Positions 14,011-26,700 of a stretch of 64,000 bases of DNA are shown piece after piece; positions within the stretch are counted from its first letter, which is position 1, and each line of letters opens with the position of its first letter. Made by a program: the position numbers and the translations under genes. This stretch comes from Heterodontus francisci (Eukaryota). The stretch spans positions 41,313,367 to 41,377,366 of the forward strand of contig NC_090394.1 in assembly GCF_036365525.1 (NCBI RefSeq), read 5' to 3'. The notes beneath the pieces were generated by a model. It made no database searches. It was not told the origin of the DNA and saw nothing but the letters and a program-made list of their open reading frames with translations.

Positions 14011-14583
14011 CTGTGCATGCAACTCAAATACTTATCAGGAGCAGTCCGAAATCCGGAGGACCAACTGAACAATCTAACAAACTTGTAACTATTCACACGA
14101 ATAGTAGGAATTGGGCGCACAGTCTTTTAATATCCGCTATTTTTAAGTTACAACCTGCCACTATTACTCATGTTTTCAATAACATGGTACTTCTTTACAA
14201 TAAACTCCCAAAACCTTGAATAAATTCAAGGATAAATAGTTGTTTTCATATCCTCCAATTATAGTCCGTCACGTTACATCACATTAACACAATGCACTGC
14301 TCTTCCTTCAGTAAGCTCAACAGGTGTTATTGCGATACAGTATCCAAGTGTGTGCATGATTCACACTGAGCTGTACCATCAGGATCCCCAAAGACGCAGA
14401 GCAGAGTGTAAAATGTAAATTGCCGACTGCGGAGATCACCGACAATCCCCTACAGGGCAGGTGACTCGAGCCCCAGGTCTGGGGCGAGATTTCAGGCCAT
14501 TAAAGGGCCTGTTTCTATGCTGTATAACTTGACTCTATCCCGCATAGACAGGGAAGCGTCCCCAACCCCCCGGACTCACTCAC

Positions 14584-14649
14584 CTGTTTTACTACCAGGA
14601 ACAGTACGGCTAATAGAAAGCGGACTCGGAGCCGCCGGGGCTCAGTCAT
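14584..14649 (-). CDS. First coding exon of an unidentified secretory/membrane protein gene (MTEPRRLRVRFLLAVLFLVVKQ); ERN2/IRE1-like is a synteny-based guess only
   Basis: gccATGA start in a CpG island; basic then hydrophobic signal-peptide pattern; perfect donor CAG|gtgagt, phase 0; no convincing exon 2 found in the window. Confidence 0.6.
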
Positions 14650-14669
14650 GGCCTGGCTCGCTGTCTGGC

Positions 14670-14723
14670 TCAGTGGAAGGTTTCGTAGTGAGGAAATGCC
14701 TCCAATCCGCAAGTTTGCTCCAT
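14670..14723 (-). CDS. Upstream ORF, 17 aa (MEQTCGLEAFPHYETFH*)
   Basis: ggagccATGG optimal Kozak; TGA ends 20 nt before the main ATG. Confidence 0.45.
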   Translation of the reverse strand: MEQTCGLEAFPHYETFH

Positions 14724-14729
14724 GGCTCC

Positions 14730-15090
14730 TACCTCGACCACCAGCGGACAACCCACAGCGCGCGCTCGCACACGTCCGGTCTGGGCGCGCGCGCCGCGGC
14801 CCCGCCGATTGGCTGAAAAGACCAGAACTCAAGCGGAGAGGGCTGTGATTGGGTAGCGTATGCACGTGACTACGCGAGTGTGACATTAAAAACCAATGAG
14901 CAAGGAGAAGGCAAAAATTGGCTGTCGTCTGAACAGACGACCAAGCTTTCAAGCTTCAGCGAATCAGCGGTGGCAGCGCGGTAGGGACGGGGCCGACAAA
15001 GCGAAAGTGACACTCTGACACGTGGAGCTGTTTTGTTTGTAAATGTTGCAGAGACAGGTTCTGGCAACTTCCTGTTCCGGGAGCGTGCTG
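14730..15090. promoter_or_regulatory. CpG-island promoter, possibly bidirectional
   Basis: CCAAT boxes at 14808, 14848 and 14893; E-boxes CACGTG at 14863 and 15019; gcgcgcgcgc run; GC box; ETS acttcctg ~15067. Confidence 0.75.
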
Positions 15091-15835
15091 ACCATGCAAA
15101 AGTCTAGTTTAGTTCAAACACCAGTTTACATAGGTGAGTAAGAATCCAATAGAAAATATGAGTAATTATCTAAATTATTATAGGAACAGGAGTAGACCAT
15201 TCAGCCCCAAGAGCTGGTTCCACCATTCAAATCATGGCTTACTTGTACTTCAACTCCATTTACTCACTTTTATTCGTAGGCAGAAAGGCCTACTCCTTTG
15301 CCAATGTTCCAATACATGACATCTTCAATCAGACAATAGTGAGGGAAAGCCAATCCCAGCAGTCCACAAGAGTGTTTGGCTATATTCCACGCAAACTCAA
15401 CAGAAGACAACACAAATCTAATACTGTAAAGTAACAAACTTTAATTGGCAATAAAGACTAGTCTTTAGAATTAAACATTGGGCTAACTAATGGTCAGCAC
15501 TAAAATCAGAAGCAGTGCAACTCTAAAACCAAGACAACTCCCTCAGATCAACAGATATTGGGGTGCTTGAAACATGCATTCTGCAAGTTCAGTTGTATTA
15601 AAAAGCTGCATGACCCTTTACAATCTAAGCCATAGTATCAGTTTGTGCACATGGAAAACTCCAGAACAGGGCAGAGGATTTTTGTAAAAAGATGGTATTT
15701 ACTTTGAAATATTCCACTTCCTTTCATGGTCATCAGGTCTAATATCTATAAACTTAGCAGAAACTTATTAAATCAAAACATTTCACAATTACCTATACTA
15801 ATCCAAGTCAGGATATCAATGATTAGAAACTGTCA

Positions 15836-15841
15836 TTTATT
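15836..15841 (-). terminator. Candidate UBFD1 polyadenylation signal (AATAAA), giving a 3'UTR of about 1.85 kb
   Basis: tttatt on plus; GU/U-rich tract downstream on minus (aattgtgaaatgttttgatt); alternative ATTAAA at 15440-15445. Confidence 0.5.
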
Positions 15842-15874
15842 GCCACAAGTGCAAGTATTCAGTACTAGTACTGT

Positions 15875-16146
15875 ACAGAGTAAAGCTCCGTCTACACTGT
15901 CCATCAAACACTACCAGGGCAGATACCGCACAGGTTAGAGATGTTTGAACCACTGTTTGGATTCAGATTAAAGCTCCCTCTACACTTAAAAAAAGGGGTC
16001 AGATAAGAGTAAAGCCTTCTCTAAAAGAAAAGAAAAAGCATTAGAGAGTAAAGCTCCCTCTACATTGTCCCATCCGAAAAAAACAGGATAGAGATGTTTG
16101 AACCACTGTTTGGATTCAGATTAAAGCTCCCTCTACACTGTCCCAA
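15875..16146 (+). repeat. Short array of a dispersed satellite-like unit (agagtaaagctccctctacactgtcccatc...) in the putative UBFD1 3'UTR
   Basis: About 5 taaagctccctctac-like cores; ~49-nt exact duplicate at ~15938 and ~16090; same unit at 33950-34100 and inverted at 26060-26140. Confidence 0.75.
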
Positions 16147-17678
16147 ACAGTTAGTATTTTCTGGAAAATTCTGAAGGTGAATGATAGCACAAGCCACTCA
16201 GTCTCCGATGAGAAGTTTACAGGTTTGAGAACTCTCTCCCTTTTCAGCAACTCAAACATAAGAAAACTACACAGCAAACAAGCTGAAAAACCTACACAAC
16301 CTCATCTTACTAATGACCATCATCCTTAATCAAGTGCAAGATATTAACTGGGTTTGAGAACTTGTTCAGTGTTCTAATTTCAAAATTACTCAAACATTTG
16401 CTTGCTGTGAAGGGCAGGGGAAGGAAGAAAAGAAGAATTGGGTTTAATTTTGAAGTTATTTAAAAACATGTAATCACCTTTTACACACAATTCAATTGAC
16501 TATGCCTGTCCTGGCCATGTGCACGCTACCAACTTTACATCGAGAACATGGATAGACAGGACAGCGCACTGAAGAGGTGCTATGGCACTAGAGTGAGGAG
16601 CCTTCAACCCCAAACACTTTCTCTTATATCTCCTCCATCCAGAGTGCCAAGTAAAGCTGTCATCTATCTGGAACAAGTGGTCTCAATATTGGAGGGGAAA
16701 AAACTTTGAAATTATAGACAAAGCTGAAATGTTTTGTAACTCATCCCCTGCCCCCCACACCCTACAGAAACTGAAACTAGTGAAGTGGAAATGGTCATGC
16801 ATCTTAAAATTGGTACCGCATTATGGCAACAGGTTGAAATCACATGGTTCACCCAAATATGGTTTCTTTGTCCCGCAACAGAAATTAGTGGAAGTATAGT
16901 GGGTTCTGCTTAATTGCATAGTGTTGGGCCTGGGAAATTTCTTTATGCAATTAACTAGCAAAGCCAGTTATAAATTGATTAGAAGGCAGACAAACAATTT
17001 ACCTGTGCACCATTTCCTCTCTGTGCTCTCCCTTTTCCTTGGATCTTGCAAACAAGGCAAGTCAAAATTGCTGTTTGGGCAGCACACTAGAAAGGGCAAC
17101 TGGGGAAGTTATTTAAATACAAGGCAACCAAATGTAAAATGTCCTGAGAACAGACATGTGATGCAAGTTTGTCTATAGAAATAAACATTCCAATTAAGCT
17201 TTATACTGGGTTGGTATAACAGATCCACACGTAGATAAATTGGGGGAAGCAGGCAGCTGAGAAGTACAAGTAAGTAGAGGCCCACTGTATTGTGTTAGAC
17301 AGCCCTGGATGGACTTTAGAAACAAGCCTAGGTTATCCATGGTACAGCAGATACAATAAAATGCTTCTAGTGCATCACCTGCGGGTAATCGTGGCTCTTA
17401 CAGAACTTCCTGAATAATTTGGAGTTTTCCTTCTTCGAAACTGTTTTTTTTTTTTAATTTGAAGTTCTAGGTAAAGTCAGATTGAACAGACCACCTCCAG
17501 CTCCAGGTGAGGATCTTCAATGCATTTTTATAAATCTATTTATCATTGTTGGCATCTTCCAAGGTTTGGGGAGGGGAGGAGAGGAAGAATTACAATCCAG
17601 TACATGAGTGTTCCAATTGATCAGTTTTATAGTCCTTTGGTTTCAGTCTATCCTTCACTGCCAGAGGTGGAGGCACAT

Positions 17679-17789
17679 TCAAAAATACTGCCACTTCCCA
17701 AGGACTGTATCTTTGATTGCATCAACATACTGCGTAGGCACCCAGTAAACCCAATAGTACGACGCTTCAGTGGGACCCAGCTGAAATGC
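17679..17789 (-). CDS. UBFD1: UBFD1 exon 7, terminal coding part
   Basis: ttccag|GCATTT...TATTTTTGA; AFQLGPTEASYYWVYWVPTQYVDAIKDTVLGKWQYF*. Confidence 0.97.
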   Translation of the reverse strand, partial: AFQLGPTEASYYWVYWVPTQYVDAIKDTVLGKWQYF

Positions 17790-20700
17790 CTGGAAAGAAA
17801 AATGAAAACAAATATGTTGCTGTTGCAGTTCGGATCTCCAATCAACAGTGGTCCTCTTTACAGCTACAGAAATGAGACTTGTATTTATACAACATCCAAT
17901 ATTTTACATAAAGCATCTCAAAGCACTTCACATACATTGCATTACCATGAAATGAAACGACTGTTTGCAAATTACATGCTGTTTTCTTGCACGAGAGCAA
18001 GCTTCTACAAACGTGAAGATAAGAAATAGGAGCAGGGGTAGGCCATTCAGCCCTTTGAGCCTGATCCACCATTCATAAGATATTGCGGATCTGATTGTGG
18101 CCTTATCACTTTCCTGCCTGCCCCCCCATAACCCTCAACTCCGTTCTTAATCAAAAATCTGAATATGCTCAAGGCTGAGTTCCAATGACCCTACCTCCAC
18201 TGCTCACTGGGGAAGAGAATTCCAAGCACCAACAACCCAGAAAAGACGTTCCTCTTCAACTCAGTCTTAAATGGAAGACACCTTAATTTGAAACTGTGCC
18301 CTCAAGTTCTAGATTCCCCCACGAGGAGAAACATCCTCTCAGCATCCACCCCGTTAAGCCGCCTCAGAATCTATGTTTCAATAAGATCACCTCTCATTCG
18401 TCTAAACTTCAGTGAGTATAGGCCCAACCTGCTGAACCTTTCCTCATAAGACAAACCCTTCATCCCAGAAATCAGCCTAGTGAACTTTTTCTGAACTGCT
18501 TCCAATGAAATTAAATGAGCATTTAAAGAACTAATACATAGCTTACAACAATACATTCCTTTAATGCACAAAAACTCAGGAAGGAAAGTGCTCCAATTGT
18601 GGCTAAAGAAAGAAAGAGGACTGTATTAGATCAAAGGAAGCATATAAAGTTGTCAGAAAAAATGGTAAGCCTGAGGTTTGGAAGCAAAAAGGAGAACCAA
18701 GAAAAAGGGAAAATGGAATATGAGTAAGCTAGCTAGAAACATAAAAGTGGACTGCAAAAGCATATATGTAAAAAAGGAAAAAATTAGCAAAGGCAACTGT
18801 GGGTCCCTTACAAGCAGAGTCAGGAGAATTTAATGGGGAATAAGGAAATGGCAGAGAAACTAAAAAAATACAGTGGCTGTCTTGAGGAAAACACTAAAAA
18901 CCTCCCAGAAATAAATGGAGAATCAAGGGACCAGTATAAATGAGGAACTGCAAGTTTAGTAAAAACAAAAGTAGAAGAGAAATTAATGGGGCTTAAAATA
19001 GATAAATCCCCTGGACCTGATGATCTACATCCCAGAGTGTTGAAAGAGGTGGCTGTAGAGATAGATGCATTGCTGGTCATCTTTCAAGATTCTATAGACT
19101 CTGGAATGGTTCCTGCAGATTGGAAGGTGGCAATTGTAACCAATATTTAACAAAGGAGGGAGAGAGAAAACGAGGTACTACAGTCTTGTTAGTGTATCAA
19201 TTGTAGGGAAAATGCTAGAATCTATAATAAAGGATGGGATAACAGGACACGTAGAAAATAATGGTAGGATTGGGCAGAGTCAACATGGATTTACGAAAGG
19301 GAAATGTTTAACAAACCTGGAGTTTTTTTTTTGAGGATGTAACTCACAGAATAGATCAGGGGGAAACTGGTGGACATGGTATATTTAGATTTTCAGAAAG
19401 CTTTTGATAAAAGGTCCCACACAAGACACAATTGGAGCGTATGGAATGGGGGCAGGGAGAAATATACTGGCATGGATGGAGAACTGACTAAAGGACGGAA
19501 AACAGTAGGAATAAATGGGTCATTTTCAGGTTGGTAGGCTGACTAGTGGGGTACCACAAGGATCAGTGCTTGGGCCCCAGCTATTCACAATCATTAATTT
19601 GAATGTGGGGATTAAATGTAATATTTCCAAGTTTGCAGATGCAAAACTAAGGGGAAGTAACTTTTCTATGGTTCCAAGTGGGAGTTGTGAGGAGGATACG
19701 AAGACGCTTCAAAGAGATTTGGAGAGGCAAAGCCAGTGGGCAAAAATTTGGAATACCCTGTGGAGAAATGAGATGTTATCCACTTTGGTAGGAAAAACAA
19801 ATGCAGAGTATTTCTTAAATGGTGAGAGGCTGGGAAGTGTTGAACTTCAAAGGGACTTGGGTGTCCTTATTCATCAGTCACAGCAAGCAATGAAGGCAAA
19901 TGGTATGCTAGCCTTTATTACAAGAGGATTTGAGTAGAAGAGTAAAGATGTCTTACTGCAATTATATAGAGCGTTGGGGAGACTACATCTGGAGTCGTGT
20001 GTGCAGTTTTGGTCTCCTTACCCAAGGAAAGATGTACTTGCCATAGAGGGAATGCAACAAAGGTTCACCAAACTAGGTGATTGGTTAAGGAAGAAGCTAC
20101 CCATTTGGTGAGTATCTGGTAAGTGATTAAGGTCTATTCTAATCCTAACATTTAAAATAGTAAAGGAATGAGTGGGAAGCTTCAGAAAACATAAAAAAGG
20201 AAAATAAAATAAAATAATTTAGTTAATTAAAACACATTAAGGATGGTGGGGCAAGTGATGTGTCATAGCTGCAGCATGTGGGAGCTCCTGGATGCCAGTG
20301 TGATCCAAATCTGCAGTTCGAAGAGCGTCGGCTCAGAGTCATTGAACTGGAGGCCGAGCCGCAGATACCGCGGAGGGAGGGGGAAAAGTTACCTGGACAC
20401 GGGTACTAGGAGGCGGTCACGCCCTTAGAATAGGGTCTTCTGATTTGGTCAGTGGTCAGGGACAGGAGAGTGTGGCTGCAGCTGAGGCAGATAAGGGGAC
20501 CCAGAGGACAGGAGTGCAGGAGCCTCAGCCTTTGCGATTGTCCAACAGGTTTGAGGTTTTCAGCTTGTTTAGAGGAGAGTGGTGGCTTCAGGGTAGATGA
20601 GCAACCTGACCATAGCACCATGGTACAGGAAGCCATTCAAGTGGAGGGAGAAAAAAAGGAGGAATGTAGCAGTAGTAGACAAACAGTATAGTTCGGGGGA

Positions 20701-23700
20701 TTGACACGGTTCTCTGCAGCAAACAGAGAGTCCAGACGGCTGTATTGCCTACCCGGTACCAGGGTTCGGGTCATCTGCTCAGGGCTGGAGAGGAACAGTG
20801 GGAGAGGGAGGATCCAGTCGTCGTGGACCACGTAAATACCAACGATATAGGCAGGACAAGGAAAGAGGTTCTGCATAGTCAGTATGAGGAACTAGTCACC
20901 AAATTAAGCAAACCTCAAAAGGTAATCATCTCTGGATTACTAGCTGAGCCACATGCAAATTGGCATTGGACAAATAAGATTAGAGAAATTAATGCGTGGT
21001 TCAAAGACTGGTGTGGTTGAAGTGGGTTCTGGTTAGTGAGGCACTGGCACCAGTACCGGGGATAGTGGTGGCTGTACCGTTGGGATACTCTACACTTGAA
21101 CCATGCTGGGGCTGGTGTTCTAGCAATCCATAGAACGAGGGAAGCAGAGAGGGTTTAAAACTGAGTAGTGGGGGTAAGGGATCAAATTTGAGAAGATATG
21201 GTAAATTGAGTAGAGACAAGGCAAGACAGAAAGGTATTAATATGGGAAATGACAAACAGACTGACAGGAAGGTAAAATTGGAGTACGAGAGAAAGCTAGC
21301 TAGAAATATAAAGACAGTAAGAGGTTCTATAGATAATTTTTTAAAAAAAGTTACAAAAGTGAGCAATGGTCCTATAGAAAAGGAGTCTGGGGAATTAATA
21401 ATGGATGAGATGGCAGATGAATTGAACAGGTATTTTACATTGGTCTTCACTATAGAGGATACAAGTAATATCCCAGTATTAGCTGCAAGTCAGGAAATGG
21501 AAGGGAGGGAGGAATTCAAGAGAATTACAATCACCAGTTAAGTGGTACTAAACAAATTGTTGGAGCTGCCGGCTGATTAGTCCCCAGGTCCTGATGGACT
21601 TCATCCTAGGGTGTTAAAAGTAGTGGTTATTGAGATAGTTGATGCGTTAGTTTTAATTTTCCAAAATTCCCTAGATTCAGGGAAGGTTTTGTTAGATTGG
21701 AAAATAGCATATCTAACTCCTTTATTCAAAAAGGGAGGAGACAGAAAGCAGGAAACTACAGGCCAGTTAACTTAGCTTCTAACATTTTCCCTAAGACAGA
21801 TGTTAAAGATGTTATAGCAGGGCACTTAGAAAAATTCAAGGTAATCAGGCAGAGACAACATGGTTTTGTGAAAAGAAAATCATGTTTAATTTATTGGAGT
21901 TCTTTGAGGGAGTTACATGTGCTGTGGATGAAGGGGAACCAGTGGATGTATTGTACTTAGATTTCCAGAAGGCATTTAATAAGGTGCCACATCAAAAGAT
22001 ATTGCAGAAAATAAAAGCTCATTGTGTAGGGATAACATATTGGCATAGAGAGAAGATTGGCTAGCGAACAGGAAACTGCAAGTAGGCATAAATGGGTAAT
22101 TTTCTGGTTGGTAAGATGGAATGAGTGGTGTGCCACAGGGACCGGTGCTGGGGCCTCAACTTTTTACAATTTATATAAATGACTTTGATGAAGGGACTGA
22201 AGGTATGATTGCTAAATTTGCTGATGACACAAAGATAGGTAGGAAAGTAACTTATGAAGAGAACATAAGGAGGCTACAAAGGGATATAGATAGGTTGAGT
22301 GAGTGGGCAAAGATCTGGCAAATGGAGTATAACGTGGGAAAATGTGCAATTGTCCATTTTGGCAGGAACAACAAAGAAGCAAATTATCTAAATGATGAGA
22401 GATTGCAGAGCTCGGAGATGCAGAGGAATCTGGGCGTCCTTGTGCATGAATCGCAAAAGGTTAGTATGCAGGTACAGCACGTAATTAAGATAATAGAATG
22501 TTATCGTTTAGTGTGAGGGGAATTTAATATAAAAAGTAGGAGGTTATGCTTCAGCTATACATGGCATTGGCGAGACCACATCTGGAGTACTGTGTACAGT
22601 ACTGGTCTCCTTATTGAAGGAAGAATGTAAATGCGTTGGAGGCAGTACAGAGAAAGTTTACTAGACTAGTACCTGGAATGGGCAGGCTGTCTTAAGAGGA
22701 AAGATTGGACAGGCTAGGCTTGTATCCACTGGAATATAGAAGAGTAAGAGGCGACTTGATTGAAACATATAAAGATCCTGAGGGGTCTTGACAGGGTGGA
22801 TGTGGAAAGGATGTTTCCCCTTGTGGGAGAACCTAGAACTAGGGGTCACTGTTTAAAAATAAGGGGACGCCCATTTAAGACAGATGAGGAGAAATTTTTT
22901 CTGATGGTCATGAGTCTTTGGAATTTTCTTCCTCAAAAGGTGGTGGAAGCAGAGTCTTTGAATATTTAAGGCAGAGGTAGGTAGATTCTTGATAAGCAAG
23001 GGGGTGGAAGGTTATCAAGGGTGGGTGGAAATGTGGAGTAATCAGTTCAGCCAAAAACTTATTGAATGGCGGAGCAGCATACTCCTGCTCCTAATTTGTA
23101 TGTAACTAATTCCTGGGATGGAAGGATTATCCTGTGAGGGAAGATTAAATAGACTGGGCCTTTATTCTCTGGAGTTTAAAATAATAGAGGTGATCTAATT
23201 CAAACATATAAAAATCTTACAGGGCTCAAAGGGTTGATGCAGGAAGGATGTTTCCACTGGCTGGGGAGTATAGAACCAGGAGATAGTGTCTCAGAATAAA
23301 GGGCAGGCCATTTAGGGCTAAGACGAGGAGGAATTTCGTTACTCAGAGGGTGGTAAATCTTTGGAATTGTCTGACCCAGGAGGGCTGTGAAGGCTCAGTC
23401 GTTGAGTATATTCAAGACTGAGATCGATAGATTAATCCATATTAAAAATATCAAGGGATAGTGCAGGAAAATGGCATTGAAGTAGATCAGCCACGATCTC
23501 ATTGAATAGCAGAGCAGGCTCGAGGGCTGAATGGCCTACTCCTGCTCCTATTTATGTTCTTATGTATATCCGTCCTTAAATAAAGTGACCAAAACTGTAC
23601 ACAGTACTCTAGGTGCAGTCTCACCAATACCCTGTACAGTTGTAGCAAGACTTTGCTACTTTTTTTACTCCATCCCCCTTGCAATAAAGGCAAACAATTC

Positions 23701-26700
23701 ATTTGCCTTCCTAATTACTTGCTGTACCTGCATGCTAACTTTGAGATTCATGTGCAAGGACACAGAGGTCCCTATGTATTCTGCAGTCTCTCTCCATTTA
23801 AATATTCTGCTTTTCTATTCTTCCTGCCAAACTGGACAACCTCATTTTCCCCACATTATACTGCATCTGAAATGACCAGTTACTTTGTTCTTTGTGGTGT
23901 CAAGGAAGTAATGGTGGCCAGGACACCAGGAGAGTTCACTCCTTTTCAATTAATGTTGAGGGACCTTTTTACGTCCACCTGAACTGCGAGTATTCTGAAG
24001 CCTGTTTAACAATAATGGCAATGAAAAAACTCCACCTCACCTCACTCAGCCCAAAAATTAGGACTAACAATATCCCACACTCGCACTAAAAAGGGCCAAG
24101 AATCTTTGGACGTGCCCAAAAACACTGAATTGTGCACTGGAAATCAAACTTGCATTCTTAGGGACAACCCATTCCCTTTTCTCCTCCACTCTCCCTTTTG
24201 CTCTACAATCTAAAAAGACTTTTAAAACCCAAACTTGGTGTCATTTATGTACTGCTTCCTGATTTTCTCCCACTCCATTTTTCTAAACCTTTGTTGTGAG
24301 AGTGGGACAATCTCTCTCCAATCTTTCTTTCCATCTCAGTGTGTCTACTTTTAAGAGTTGAGGTGATGGGAGTGCATTAGAGTAGTCAATCAGTTGTGGC
24401 ACTAATCATGCAAAATTTTAAACTTGGAATTGGGTACTGGATACAGATTGTTGCAGACTGGTCACTGGCCCGGAACATAATGCCATTAATTACAGATCAG
24501 CAGATAAGGGTTTGAAGTTTCTGACAATGCATAAAGGCTGTGTAGGTGCATGTGCCCCCTGGGGGCTGGTTACAGAATGGCATCACTAAAGGTCTGAAAG
24601 TTTGCCCACATGCCTTTGTAGTAACAGGATACAAGGAGGCAAAGAAAAAAAAAGGGATAGCTAGATCACATAGAAATTGCACTCTTCTGCACTGCCCTAT
24701 CCAACAGTAGCCTCTGTCACAAACCATGCCTCATCACTGACTCCATCCACTCCCTAAACACTGTATAAAGTTCAACCAGACTGCATGCAACCCCCACATT
24801 CTATTCCACCACCAAGCTAAGCTTTCATATCTTTTCCATCATGAAGATGCGTCACACCTCCATACCATCACCCAACTCTACCCCTCCTTCAGCTCATACA
24901 TTGCCAAAACTGTCAATTATGGTTTTGTTCTTCCAGACTATTACTCCTGGTCAGCGTCCCATTCTCCATCCTCCAAAAACCAGCTCATCCAACTGTGCTG
25001 CCAATGCCTGATCCAGCATCAAGACTCGCTAAACCTCAAACCCATTCTCACCAATATATACATACACAGCCTAATATTTATAGATCCGTACCCCCAATAT
25101 CCAGAAACCCTGCCCCTCCATATTCAGTTGCTAACCTGTCAACAGGCACTGGCCTCAATACTCACCATCATGTGATAATCTTCATGTCCTTCAATAGGTT
25201 CAGTGATCACATTTTTGATAGAGCCCATAGGGATTTTTTCTGTTCTCTCTATTAAAAACAAAATAACAGTCATCCACCACAGAATCTTGTAGCACTGAAA
25301 GTCCATTCAGCCCATCGTGCCCATGCCAGCTGAGAGAACCATCAAATTACCCACTCTTTCCCCATAGCCTTACAATTGTTTTTTTTGCAAGTATATATTC
25401 CCTTTTGAGGGTGGAGAAAGAAATCAGCTACAATAAAGCCCACTTAACAAGATAGGTGGTCACCAGACAGAACACTGCCCAGGTGCCTTCCCTTGCAACT
25501 AATTGCATTTACATAGTACCTGATGACATCCCTCCTTCAGAGGCTGAACGGACCAGGATGAACTTGCAAGCATCAGTCCCCATACATAGTGGGTTATGGA
25601 GAATGTGATCAATGATTCAAAAGGAACACGTGCTGTTGTAAAACTCACCCTTGGTTCCAATCCAGAGCTGGTCCTGCTCCAGTTTGAAGGTTAACCTTAC
25701 TTTTCCACTTGACTTGTTATACATGCCAGATAATGGTACACTTGGTAAACGTTCCTGCAGAGTTCAGAGGGCAGCAGTTAACAACACAGCAGTGAGTAGG
25801 GAGGCAAAGAAGCAAGATCCCAGCTCCATTTATGAGGGATTGGGGCAGTAGGTCATCACTGTCTCATTACCTTCAGATTGAGTGTTTCAGAATAATTGAA
25901 GAATTAATAGTTGTCTTGGCCACTGGGCAGCCCAAACCAGACCTAAGCACGCACCAATTGAGAGTCACATTTATAAGGCCTACAAGGACAGCTACAATAA
26001 ATTGAAGTGTCACACTGGTGCAGTGCAGGTTACTTTGAAATGGAGGACAAGTGTCAAGGAAGCTTTATTCTGTATCTAATCCATACTGTACCTACCCTGG
26101 GAGCGTAGGATGAGGCAGTGTAGAGGGAGCTTTATTCTATGCGGTCTGAGTGTTTTTATTGGCAGTAAAAGATCAGCACTGATGTTGATGGGCAGTCAGT
26201 GACATTCTTCAGTCTTCCAAACTTCCTCAATCTGCAGAAGGCTTCAGGATTTTCAAAAGGCCTTGCACAAATCATCAACAGGAACTCACTATCTCATTAT
26301 GACCTGGAATGCCATGGATTGCAGCTCTGGCTCATGGGCCTCACACCAACCAAAGCGAGAAGCTGGAGCTGTGGTCTCCTGACAGTACAACACTCCCTCA
26401 GGACTGCACTGGAGAGTCAGCCTGGATCTTTATGCTTAAGTCTCTGGAGTGAGACTTAAACCCATAACCTTCTGACTCAGGGGTGCAAGAGGGCACCATT
26501 GAGTCACAGCTGACAGGGGCAGAAACACCATGGAAAATTTACAAAGCACAGCGAACACCAAAGGCAGCCACTTACCTTAACACCTTTAATGGATGGCATG
26601 ATGTCCTCTGGTTTTCCTTTGTCTAATACTTTCCTGTGTTGCTAGAAGGAAAAAAGCAGCAGTCAAGGAAACCAGAGGGAAAGGACAAGTGTTCAGCAAA

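Noticed and set aside
17520-18029. 169-aa plus-strand ORF
   Set aside because: Antisense shadow of UBFD1 exon 7 and its flanks; no motifs.
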